A stretch of DNA of 55,644 nucleotides, taken from an uncultured Muribaculaceae bacterium. Its GTDB lineage: Bacteria; Bacillota_I; Bacilli_A; RF39; UBA660. Location: assembly GCA_964609995.1 (NCBI GenBank), contig CAZSTI010000001.1, forward strand, positions 29,886-85,529, in the 5' to 3' direction. A model generated the notes under the pieces. That model saw only the letters and a program-made list of their open reading frames with translations, had not been told where the DNA came from and searched no databases. The position numbers and the translations under genes were made by a program. This document shows positions 10,601 through 18,792 of the stretch, piece after piece. Every line of letters begins with the position of its first letter. Positions within the stretch are counted from its first letter, which is position 1.

Positions 10601-13600
10601 GGGTTAGAGAAATGGCATGGTCACTTATATAATTGGTATAATATTTTAGATTCAAAAAAAATGACACCATATTTTGTATCGACAGTTGATAGTGGAAATT
10701 TTGTTGGATGTTTGTTTGTTGTTAAAGAATTTTTGAAATCAAAGAAAGAATATGATGTTTTAGCAAACAGAATTGAAAAAATTATTAATGACACAAAATT
10801 TGAATATTTATACGATAAAGAGTCTGATGTTTTTTCAATAGGATTTGATGTAGGAAATGATGTATTATCAAATTATAATTATGATAAGTTTTTATCAGAA
10901 AGTAGATTAGTCAGTTATATAGCAATTAGTATGAAACAAGTTCCTTATAGACATTGGTTTTTGTTAGATAAAAGTTTAACAAAACATAAATTTAGAAAAG
11001 GGCTTATATCATGGAATGGCACATCTTTTGAATATTTTATGCCTCTAATATTTATGGAATCTTTTCCTTATACTTTATTAGATGAAACCTATTCATTTGG
11101 GCACTATGTTCAAAAAGATTTTATTAAAGAAGTAAATTATAAATTGCCATGGGGAATAACAGAATCTGCTTATAATGATTTAGATGATTCTCAAAATTAT
11201 AAATATAAAGCATTTGGAGTGCCATATTTAAAGTTTGCAGATACTAAAAAGCCTAGAATTGTTATTTCTCCATATGGCTCTATTTTAGCGGCTTCAAAAT
11301 TTCCGCTATCAGTATATAATAATTTAAATAAACTTAAAAAATACGATATGGAAGGCGAATATGGATTTTATGAAGCTTATGATGCCGAAGAAGAAGAAGT
11401 TGTTAAAACTTATTATGCACATCATCAAGGCATGATTATATGTAGTATTACAAATTTATTAAGAGAAAATGTTATTCAAAAATATTTTAATGAAGATAGA
11501 AGAATTAAATCTATGGAAATTTTACTAAAAGAAAAAACTCAATTAAAACCATATATTGATTTAAAAATAGAAAAATATAGAAAATATGAGTATACAAAAA
11601 ATAGTAAAGATGTGCTGATAAGATTTCAAGAGGGAATTAAAGATATACCAGAATACGGAATAATATCTAATGGATTATACACTACCCTTATAAATGATAG
11701 AGGAATAGGTTTTACAAAATATAAAAATCTTCAAATTAATAGGTATAGAAATGTGCCTGAGGAACCATATGGGTTATTCTTATACATTAAGAATTTATCT
11801 AATAATATAACTTGGACAAATACTTACGAACCATTTATGAAAGCCCCTGACAAGTATAATGTTACTTTTGAACCTGGAATAATTAAATATATTAGAGAAG
11901 ACAATTTAATAATAACTAAAACGGAAATAATAATATCAAAAGAAGATAGTGTTGAAATAAGAAAAGTTACAATCAATAATTACAATATTGAAGATGTTGA
12001 TTTGGAGTTGACTTCTTATGGAGAACTTATAATGGCTCGAGCTGAAGAAGATATTGCACATAGAGCGTTTAATGGGTTATCTATTTCATCTACCTTTGAT
12101 GAAGATACTTCTTCATTAATATTTAAGAGACACTCAAGAACTAAAGATTTAAATGAATACTATGTAGCTCATAGGATGCTACTTATAGATGATGAAACTA
12201 AAACGGATTATGAAACATCTAGAGCAAATTTTTTAGGAAGAAATAGAAGTTTAAACGATGCCGAAGTAATTGTAACTAATAAAAAGTTATCTAATGATAA
12301 AAACGCATTAATAGACCCAATAATGAGTTTAAGGAAAAAAATCACTTTAAAAGCTAATAAACAAAAAACAATATATTTAATTACTTGTTTTGGAAAATCT
12401 AAAGAGCAAGTATTAGATATTTTGGACATATATGATAATGCAGAAACTATGAAAGCTACTTATAGAGAATCAGAATTATTTGGAGCTATATTAGATGGTC
12501 ATTCAAATTTAAATTCTAATCAAATATTTTTATATAATCATATGTTGAAAAAACTTTATAATTATATGCCATATAATTTTGAAAATGAAAAGTTACTATT
12601 AGAAAACACCCTGTCTAAGAATGAAATATGGAAATTTGTAATTTCAGATAATTGGCCAATAATAACTGTAATGGTAGATGATTTTGAAGGAATTGGAGTT
12701 GCTAAACAAATACTAAAAGCTTATGAGTATTATAAAAAGAGATCTATTTATATTGACATTGTTATATTAAATAAAGAACAAAATGCAACAAAAAAAGAAA
12801 CAATAAATAAATATGTATATGATATTATTTATAAAATAAATTCACAAAATAATTTTGAAGAAGAATTTGGAAGTGTATTTGTTATTGATAAATTTAGTTA
12901 TGAAGATGAGAAACTTTTTAAATTAGTTTCTAAATTATATTTTGAAACTTCACTATTGAAAGCATCTGATAATATATTTAATAAAATAGAAAAAGAATTG
13001 GTAAAATATGAACCTCATAAATATCAAAGAATGAATTCAAGCAAGAAAAAAGTCGAAGTAATTGGAGAAATGATAAACGAAGGAAAGGAATATAAAATTA
13101 ATACAATTTATACTCCTACACCTTGGTCTAATGTATTATCCAATGGAGAGTTTGGAACAGTTATTACAAACAATATGGGGGGCTTCACTTATTGTGGAAA
13201 TAGCAGGGAATATAAAATAACATCATGGAGTAATGATAGTGTTAATGATCCTAGAAGTGAAGATATTATTATTGATAATAAAAGCATTAATATCGATGAA
13301 TGTATTCATGGTTTTGGGTATACTAAGTTTGTTACAAAAAATGATAATTATGAAATAAATACAAAAGTATTTGTAGGAATAGACAATGTAAAAATATATG
13401 AATTAGAAATTACTAATAAAGTAAAAGATAACAAATCGTTACCTATTAGTTTAATGATCTCTCCAGTACTTGGAACATCTAAAGAGTATAATTATTCTTA
13501 CATTGTAGCAGAAGCAAACAATAATTTAAATTCTTTGATATTATATAATAGATATTCTAGTCAAGTGTTTAAAGATAAAGAAGTATTTGTAACATCTACT

Positions 13601-15277
13601 GAAAAGATAGTAGATTATGATATTTATAATGATTTTAAATCGATTTCTATTGGTTTAAATATTAAAAAAGGAGAAACAAAAAAAGTATCATTTATAATTG
13701 GATCAAGTATAGATAATGCTAAATTGATTTCTAAATATTCTAAATTAGAGAATATTGATTTTGAATATGAAAAAGTAGTGGAATTTTGGAAAGAAAAGCT
13801 ATCGTATATTAAAGTAAGTACACAAGATAAAAACTTTGATTATGCTATAAATGGATGGTATTTGTATCAAGTATATGTGTCTAGATTATATGCAAGATCT
13901 GGTTTATATCAAGTTGGTGGGGCATATGGATTTAGAGATCAACTTCAAGATTCTATGGCTATTCTATATAGTGATTCTAAATATTCTAAATATATTTTAT
14001 TAAATTGTGCTTCGCATCAATTTGAAACAGGAGATGTCCTTCACTGGTGGCATGAAGATTTAAATATGGGTGCTAGAACTAGATTTTCTGATGATTATTT
14101 GTGGTTAGTTTTTGTTACTTTAGAATACATAAAAATTACTGGAGATTATTCAATATTAGATGAAGAAGTTCCATTTATTAAAGGCCCAGAGTTAGATCCA
14201 AATGAAGGCGAAAAAGGAATAAGTTATTATAAATTAGAAAGAACGGCGTCTCTATATAATCATTTGAAACTATCAATAGATAGGTCGTTCTCATTAATGG
14301 GAAAACATGGAATACCATTAATTGGTGTTGGCGATTGGAACGATGGAATGAATAGAGTAGGCCATAAAGGAAAAGGCGAAAGTGTTTGGGTAGGAATGTT
14401 CTTATATGATCTTACTAATAGATTTGAATCAGTAATGAAATATATGAAAGAACCTTTAAAAAATATTGCAAAATTAAAAAAGGATAATGAAAAATTGTTG
14501 AATTCTATTAATACAAATTGTTGGGATGGAAATTGGTATTTAAGGGCATTTAATGATGAAGGATATGCTATAGGATCTAAAAATAATCATGAAGGAGAAA
14601 TAGATTTATTAGTTCAATCATGGAGTATATTAACAAATGTTGCCGATGTATCAAAACAAAAGCAAGTCATTGATGAAGTTGAAGCTAGATTAGTAGATCA
14701 AAAAAACGGAATTATCAAATTATTAACTCCACCTTTTACTTGTGGAGAAAAGAACCCTGGATATATTAGTTATTATTTAAAAGGTATTAGAGAAAATGGT
14801 GGTCAATATACACATGCTGCATTATGGTATATAAAATCATTAATCAAGTATGGAGAAAAAGATAGAGCATATCAATATTATTCAATGATTAATCCTTTGA
14901 ATAGAGAAGTTGATAAGTATAAAGTTGAACCATATGTTATTGCGGCTGATATTTATTCTAATACAAGTCATAAAGGTAGAGGCGGATGGACTTGGTATAC
15001 TGGTTCTGCAGGTTGGGCTTATAAAATTGCTTTAGAAGATATTCTTGGTATGAAAAAAGAAGGGAACTTATTAGATTTCGAACCAAAAGTTCCTTCAAAT
15101 TGGAATAATTTTTCTATCGAATATAAATATGAATCAACACTTTATAAAATAAATATAATAATTAAAGATAAAGCAAAAAAGACTATATCATTAGATGGTT
15201 TAAAGGTTAAGAATTTAGAATTAATCGATGATAAGAAAGAACATAAAATAGAAATACTAGTTGGGAGGGAGAAATGA
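7634..15277 (+). CDS. Cyclic beta-1,2-glucan synthase-like multidomain protein (GT domain, TM helices, glucoamylase-like barrel, GH94-like phosphorylase domain), 2547 aa
   Basis: GT motifs IITLDADT (about 9221-9244) and RHHRWTRGDWQ (9668-9700). Two hydrophobic helix clusters. STVDSGNFVGC alpha/alpha-barrel-type motif. GH94-like motifs FRDQLQD (13931-13951), SDDYLWL, GDWNDGMN, GGQYTHAALW, WYTGSAGW. Start set at the ATG at 7634, 9 nt after AGGAGG; the track start at 7607 is a TTG. Confidence 0.75.
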   Translation: MHLKRKFVNKNKIIFNYYKKAIKLTKDNRSVGSTTEWLIDNYYIIDSQKKGLLYYLSTDNYKNIKHKDKTYELVYSILRDKNFQLNYKYLFSVLNKYQEETNHFFSYKEIEYIYNLIGLILIDRLGDLCAVLDSKLIQKKEIEALFENINKRKAEENFNVDDVIKIDETILNKPYYIEELNYKLGELGVSAEKVQIKMEEIFKEKGVELNKIITEQQEALINENILIMSIFSSIKKSSKNPIDVEGYDFYSNISFSEKLLLEEKAGFYSKMTDDSKYRYRKEIEKKSKRSNEYDYVIKLLNSANKENKHVGFYLFSDKCNNIKAYLYIASVAIFAVFMALIVYLFTDIWAFILILIPMIGLSVDIITQILLRFIDAKALFSLKVEDNIKKEHSTMVVIPTIVKDKKRVESMFENLELFYLSNKSENIYFTLLGDAAASKTEDTPYDEEVIEAGTKIVKKLNEKYGDEIFYFAYRNRFYSDDQECYLGRERKRGALIEFNDLLLGRLSEEEINAKYKINTFNKFNKKIKYIITLDADTKLVLSTALKLVGVMIHPMNKPILNKEGTRVILGHAMIQPKVNIEIEVTDKSEYSQLYGGLGGLDVYSRTTFDLYQDVFDEGSFVGKGIYDLEIFQKLLKNTFPDNLILSHDLLEGSYLRSGFASNIEVFDGFPSKYLNDTARHHRWTRGDWQILFWLKNKIRNKDNELVDNPLNLISKWKIFDNLRRSISHLFFMLFLLYGFTIGKGNPNIYLCFALLTISIPIIFYIISLFRKRKYTIFLKYYLNLIRGFLSILIKSSVAISVLPFETHLYTDAIVRTINRLFISKKHRLDWVTADEVEKRSKGDIKTYITNFNYSTIITLAFVSLSLIFKPEYYYLILPISFAWLFAPILMYLLSKDFKRKKDHLSETILDEYEKIAFKTWKYFEHYLVKKYNYLIPDNYQLNRRNKLDYRTSSTNIGFSLLAIICAYELKFIKLEEAIDKISNIINSIEGLEKWHGHLYNWYNILDSKKMTPYFVSTVDSGNFVGCLFVVKEFLKSKKEYDVLANRIEKIINDTKFEYLYDKESDVFSIGFDVGNDVLSNYNYDKFLSESRLVSYIAISMKQVPYRHWFLLDKSLTKHKFRKGLISWNGTSFEYFMPLIFMESFPYTLLDETYSFGHYVQKDFIKEVNYKLPWGITESAYNDLDDSQNYKYKAFGVPYLKFADTKKPRIVISPYGSILAASKFPLSVYNNLNKLKKYDMEGEYGFYEAYDAEEEEVVKTYYAHHQGMIICSITNLLRENVIQKYFNEDRRIKSMEILLKEKTQLKPYIDLKIEKYRKYEYTKNSKDVLIRFQEGIKDIPEYGIISNGLYTTLINDRGIGFTKYKNLQINRYRNVPEEPYGLFLYIKNLSNNITWTNTYEPFMKAPDKYNVTFEPGIIKYIREDNLIITKTEIIISKEDSVEIRKVTINNYNIEDVDLELTSYGELIMARAEEDIAHRAFNGLSISSTFDEDTSSLIFKRHSRTKDLNEYYVAHRMLLIDDETKTDYETSRANFLGRNRSLNDAEVIVTNKKLSNDKNALIDPIMSLRKKITLKANKQKTIYLITCFGKSKEQVLDILDIYDNAETMKATYRESELFGAILDGHSNLNSNQIFLYNHMLKKLYNYMPYNFENEKLLLENTLSKNEIWKFVISDNWPIITVMVDDFEGIGVAKQILKAYEYYKKRSIYIDIVILNKEQNATKKETINKYVYDIIYKINSQNNFEEEFGSVFVIDKFSYEDEKLFKLVSKLYFETSLLKASDNIFNKIEKELVKYEPHKYQRMNSSKKKVEVIGEMINEGKEYKINTIYTPTPWSNVLSNGEFGTVITNNMGGFTYCGNSREYKITSWSNDSVNDPRSEDIIIDNKSINIDECIHGFGYTKFVTKNDNYEINTKVFVGIDNVKIYELEITNKVKDNKSLPISLMISPVLGTSKEYNYSYIVAEANNNLNSLILYNRYSSQVFKDKEVFVTSTEKIVDYDIYNDFKSISIGLNIKKGETKKVSFIIGSSIDNAKLISKYSKLENIDFEYEKVVEFWKEKLSYIKVSTQDKNFDYAINGWYLYQVYVSRLYARSGLYQVGGAYGFRDQLQDSMAILYSDSKYSKYILLNCASHQFETGDVLHWWHEDLNMGARTRFSDDYLWLVFVTLEYIKITGDYSILDEEVPFIKGPELDPNEGEKGISYYKLERTASLYNHLKLSIDRSFSLMGKHGIPLIGVGDWNDGMNRVGHKGKGESVWVGMFLYDLTNRFESVMKYMKEPLKNIAKLKKDNEKLLNSINTNCWDGNWYLRAFNDEGYAIGSKNNHEGEIDLLVQSWSILTNVADVSKQKQVIDEVEARLVDQKNGIIKLLTPPFTCGEKNPGYISYYLKGIRENGGQYTHAALWYIKSLIKYGEKDRAYQYYSMINPLNREVDKYKVEPYVIAADIYSNTSHKGRGGWTWYTGSAGWAYKIALEDILGMKKEGNLLDFEPKVPSNWNNFSIEYKYESTLYKINIIIKDKAKKTISLDGLKVKNLELIDDKKEHKIEILVGREK

Positions 15278-16488
15278 TAAAATTTGATTTCGTAACTTAC
15301 AACAAGATTGAAAACTATGAAAAAAATGGAAAAAAACTCAAAGGAGTAAAAGATTTTTTTAGCAAACATCAGGATAAGATGGGTTGGTATGATATTGAAA
15401 AATTATGTTCTGAGGAAAAAATATTTAAAATTAAAGAAAAAGCTCTTTATATTAAAGAGAATTGTGATTTATTTTTGGTTGTTGGTATTGGTGGATCTTA
15501 TATGGGGTCACAAGCTTTGATAGATGCTTTGAGCCATTACTATAAAAACGAAACACGAAAACCGGAAGTTATGTTTGTTGGAACTTCTCTATCTATAGAT
15601 TACATAAATGATGTATTAGATATAATGGATGAAAAAGAGGTAATTATTAATGTTATTTCTAAATCTGGAAACACTTTAGAAATACTTACTACGTATGATA
15701 TATTAATATCTAAAATGAAAGAAAAATATAATGATGATGAATTGAAAAAAAGAATAATTATTACTACTGAAGTATCTATAAATAATACTTTATATAAAGA
15801 AGCTAAAGAAAACCAATATGAAGTTATAGATACATTTAAAAATATAGGAGGAAGATTCTCTGTATTTACCGAATCTGGTTTGTTGCCGGTTTGTGTGGCT
15901 GGAATTAATATTGAGAATGTTATTAATGGGGCTAAGGAAGCTATGCAAGATATTAATAATCAAGCTAGATATTCAGTAGTTAGAGATATTATGATAGATA
16001 GTGGAAAATTAATTGAAGCTTATACTTCGTATGAACCAAAACTTTATTATTTTTTAGAATGGTTAAAACAATTATATGCTGAATCGCTTGGAAAAAACAA
16101 TAAAGGATTATTGCCTATAAGTATTATTAATACTAGAGATCTTCATTCTATGGGTCAGTACATTCAAGAAGGACCTAAAACCATATTTGAAACTTTATTT
16201 GTAATAAAAAACAATAGAAATAATATATATATAGAAAGATACAAAAAGAATCTTTCTGAAATTAATGATATTGCATATAAAGCTGTTTCTAGAGCTCACT
16301 TTGAAGATAATATATTTTCCAATATATTTGAATTAGACGAGTTAAATGAATCTAATATGGGTTATTTAATGCAATTCTTTATGGTATCAGTAACTATGAG
16401 CGGGTTATTAGAAGACAATGAAGAAGTGTTTACTCAATCTGGAGTTGAAAAATATAAAAATATATTAAATAGCATGTTAAAAGAGTAA
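15274..16488 (+). CDS. pgi: Glucose-6-phosphate isomerase
   Basis: VVGIGGSYMGSQA, ISKSGNTLE and IGGRFSVFT motifs. ATGA overlap with the preceding giant ORF. Confidence 0.88.
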   Translation: MIKFDFVTYNKIENYEKNGKKLKGVKDFFSKHQDKMGWYDIEKLCSEEKIFKIKEKALYIKENCDLFLVVGIGGSYMGSQALIDALSHYYKNETRKPEVMFVGTSLSIDYINDVLDIMDEKEVIINVISKSGNTLEILTTYDILISKMKEKYNDDELKKRIIITTEVSINNTLYKEAKENQYEVIDTFKNIGGRFSVFTESGLLPVCVAGINIENVINGAKEAMQDINNQARYSVVRDIMIDSGKLIEAYTSYEPKLYYFLEWLKQLYAESLGKNNKGLLPISIINTRDLHSMGQYIQEGPKTIFETLFVIKNNRNNIYIERYKKNLSEINDIAYKAVSRAHFEDNIFSNIFELDELNESNMGYLMQFFMVSVTMSGLLEDNEEVFTQSGVEKYKNILNSMLKE

Positions 16489-16507
16489 CTACTTACTCTT
16501 TTTTTAA
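16481..16507 (+). terminator. Rho-independent terminator after pgi
   Basis: Perfect 8-bp stem aagagtaa/ttactctt with loop ctac, then a T7 run. The stem includes the pgi stop codon. Confidence 0.75.
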
Positions 16508-16675
16508 TATTTTAACTGTTTCATTTATTAAATTCGAATTTAAACTATCACCATCAAAAGAAGGTGTTATTTGATTTGGTAATTATTCTATAAGTTTTTG
16601 ATTCTATATTTTATCGATAAAAATCAATAATTGCATACAAATATTGATATAAACCCTATATTTTTCAAAAAACTA

Positions 16676-16704
16676 TTGATTTTTTCTAATAAAAATGGTA
16701 TTTA
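16676..16704 (+). promoter_or_regulatory. Sigma-A-type promoter for hup (TTGATT, 17 nt, TGgTATTTA)
   Basis: -35 TTGATT at 16676-16681 and -10 TATTTA at 16699-16704, preceded by TG at 16696-16697. The predicted TSS falls near 16711. Confidence 0.5.
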
Positions 16705-16710
16705 TATAGA

Positions 16711-16733
16711 TATAAGCATAGCCTATGCTTATA
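16711..16733 (+). promoter_or_regulatory. Perfect 11-bp-arm palindrome at the predicted 5' end of the hup transcript (candidate 5' stem-loop or operator)
   Basis: tataagcatag-c-ctatgcttata, located 27 nt upstream of the hup ATG and just upstream of the GGGAGG RBS. Confidence 0.5.
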
Positions 16734-16759
16734 AATAAAAATTATGGGAGGTAATATTT

Positions 16760-17032
16760 ATGAATAGGGCTGAATTAGTAGAATTTATGGCAGAAAAAGC
16801 AGGATTAACAAAAGCTGATGCAGGACGTGCATTAGAAGCATTTATGGAAGGAGTTACAAAAGGTTTAAAGAAACATAATAGAGTTGCTTTGGTTGGATTT
16901 GGAACATTTAATAACAAAAAAAGAGCAGCTAGAACAGCTCGTAACCCACAAACTGGTGCTACTGTTAAGATCCCTGCAAGAAATGCTGTATCATTTAAAG
17001 TTGGAAGCAAATTAAAAGACGCAGTTAATTAA
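16760..17032 (+). CDS. hup: Nucleoid-associated DNA-binding protein HU
   Basis: 90 aa. MNRAELV...GFGTF...RNPQTG...PA...V.FK.G..LK is the canonical HU/IHF signature. Strong GGGAGG RBS. Confidence 0.95.
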   Translation: MNRAELVEFMAEKAGLTKADAGRALEAFMEGVTKGLKKHNRVALVGFGTFNNKKRAARTARNPQTGATVKIPARNAVSFKVGSKLKDAVN

Positions 17033-17042
17033 TAATTAACAA

Positions 17043-17067
17043 AAACTACCTTTAAGGTAGTTTTTTT
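17043..17067 (+). terminator. Rho-independent terminator after hup
   Basis: Stem aaactacc/ggtagttt with a 5-nt loop, then a T-run. Confidence 0.7.
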
Positions 17068-17068
17068 A

Positions 17069-17077
17069 TGCTATAAT
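17069..17077 (+). promoter_or_regulatory. Extended -10 promoter element (TGcTATAAT) upstream of gatC
   Basis: TGCTATAAT lies 22 nt upstream of the gatC ATG. Confidence 0.45.
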
Positions 17078-17098
17078 TGTTAAGAGGATGGTGTTAAT

Positions 17099-17377
17099 AT
17101 GTATAAATTATCTAATGAACAAATAATGCACGTTGCTGACTTAGCAAAACTTCATATGAATGATTTAGATGTTGAAAAATATAGAAAAGATTTAGATGAA
17201 ATATTAAATAATATTGAAACAATAGAATCTTTAAATATAAATGAAGAAATAATGATATCTCCTTCTAGAAATGTTAATGTTTTTTCTAATAAAGAAGTGG
17301 AAGATAAAGTTAATGTTTTACTAAACGTAAAAACTAAAGCTGGTGATTTTGTTAAAGTGGAGGTAGAAAATGAGTAA
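17099..17377 (+). CDS. gatC: Glu/Asp-tRNA amidotransferase subunit C
   Basis: 92 aa; overlaps gatA by 8 nt; conserved gatCAB order. Confidence 0.85.
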   Translation: MYKLSNEQIMHVADLAKLHMNDLDVEKYRKDLDEILNNIETIESLNINEEIMISPSRNVNVFSNKEVEDKVNVLLNVKTKAGDFVKVEVENE

Positions 17378-18791
17378 TTACCTTGATTTGCCTTTAAAGA
17401 CTATTAATCAAAAATTAATAAATAAAGAAATTAAGCCAATTGATTTGGTTAATGAAGCTTTTGAAAAAATAGAAAACAATAAAGAATATAATGCATTTAT
17501 AACGTTAAATAAAGAAGAAGCAATAAAAAAAGCGTTAGAATTAGAAAACAAAGAAGTAGACAGTCTATTATTTGGAATTCCAATAGCGTTAAAAGATAAC
17601 ATAATAACAAAGGGGTTAAAGACAACATGTGCTTCAAAGATGTTAAATGACTTTGTGCCCATTTATGATTCTACTGTTGTAAAAAAATTAAATGAAAAAA
17701 ACGCTATTATTATTGGAAAAACAAATATGGATGAGTTTGCAATGGGGTCATCTAATGAAACCAGTTATTTTGGACCGGTTCTTAATGCATTAGATAAAAC
17801 TAAGGTACCTGGTGGTTCCTCTGGAGGAAGTGCAGTATCTGTATCTAAAAAAATGGTTCCAATCTCATTAGGATCTGATACGGGTGGTTCTATTAGACAA
17901 CCATCTGCTTATAATAATGTAGTGGGACTTAAACCAACTTATGGTAGAGTATCAAGATATGGATTGGTTGCTTTTTCATCTTCGTTGGATCAAATTGGAC
18001 CTATAACTAATAATGTTATAGATAATGCTATATTGTTAAATGCTATATCAGGAATAGATAATAAAGACTTAACTAGTTCTGAAACAAATGAAGATTTTAC
18101 AAGCGAAATAGGAAAAGATATACGAGGAATGAAAGTATGTGTTCCAAATTTTTATATGAGCGAAAAAGTTGACATTGAAATAAGAAATAAAATAAATAAC
18201 ATAATAAGTTTTTTAAAAAATAATAATGTATTAGTAGAATATGTTGATATTAATTATATTGATTATGCTATACCTTTATATCAAATTATTGCTCTTGCAG
18301 AAGCTTCTTCCAATTTAGCGAGATTTGATGGTATTAGATTTGGATATAGAACTGATAAAAAAATAACAAATATTGATGACTTTTATAAGTATTCAAGAAG
18401 TGAAGGTTTTGGAGATGAAGTAAAAAGAAGAATTATGATTGGTTCATATGTATTAAGTGGAAAAAATGTTGATATTTACTTTAAAAAAGCTTTATCTATT
18501 AGAAAAAAATTTAGTGATAATTTTTATCAGTTGTTTAATAATTATGATTTGATTATAGGACCGACTACAACCGGTTTTCCATATGATTTGGGTTCAAAAA
18601 AAAGTTCTAATGAGGGTTTTATGGATGATATTTTAACTATACCTGTTAATATGGCTGGATTGCCCGCTATGAGCTTACCTGTTGGAAATGACAAACCTAT
18701 TGGATTACAAATTATAGGAAACATGTTTGATGAAAAAACAATATACAAATTTGCGGCTTTCTTAGAAAGTAATTATAAGAGGGGTGAATAA
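17370..18791 (+). CDS. gatA: Glu/Asp-tRNA amidotransferase subunit A
   Basis: Amidase signature GGSSGGSAVSV and GSDTGGSIRQPSA. Confidence 0.93.
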   Translation: MSNYLDLPLKTINQKLINKEIKPIDLVNEAFEKIENNKEYNAFITLNKEEAIKKALELENKEVDSLLFGIPIALKDNIITKGLKTTCASKMLNDFVPIYDSTVVKKLNEKNAIIIGKTNMDEFAMGSSNETSYFGPVLNALDKTKVPGGSSGGSAVSVSKKMVPISLGSDTGGSIRQPSAYNNVVGLKPTYGRVSRYGLVAFSSSLDQIGPITNNVIDNAILLNAISGIDNKDLTSSETNEDFTSEIGKDIRGMKVCVPNFYMSEKVDIEIRNKINNIISFLKNNNVLVEYVDINYIDYAIPLYQIIALAEASSNLARFDGIRFGYRTDKKITNIDDFYKYSRSEGFGDEVKRRIMIGSYVLSGKNVDIYFKKALSIRKKFSDNFYQLFNNYDLIIGPTTTGFPYDLGSKKSSNEGFMDDILTIPVNMAGLPAMSLPVGNDKPIGLQIIGNMFDEKTIYKFAAFLESNYKRGE

Positions 18792-18792
18792 T

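Noticed and set aside
16510-16700. Repeated TTGAT/ATCAA-containing motifs in the 270-nt pgi-hup spacer, as possible DnaA boxes, an origin-like element or an sRNA.
   Set aside because: There is no match to the TTATCCACA consensus, no convincing terminator-bounded small transcript, and no ORF with an RBS. It is most likely just AT-rich promoter-upstream (UP-element-like) DNA.
16729-17010. 93-aa ORF antisense to hup.
   Set aside because: The plus-strand HU protein is unmistakable. The antisense frame stays open only because the region is locally richer in GC.
16760-17032. Locally higher GC in hup, and in the 3' half of pilin gene 1 (55200-55430), as a sign of foreign origin.
   Set aside because: This is more simply explained by amino-acid composition (Ala/Gly/Arg/Thr-rich) and by the codon bias of highly expressed genes.
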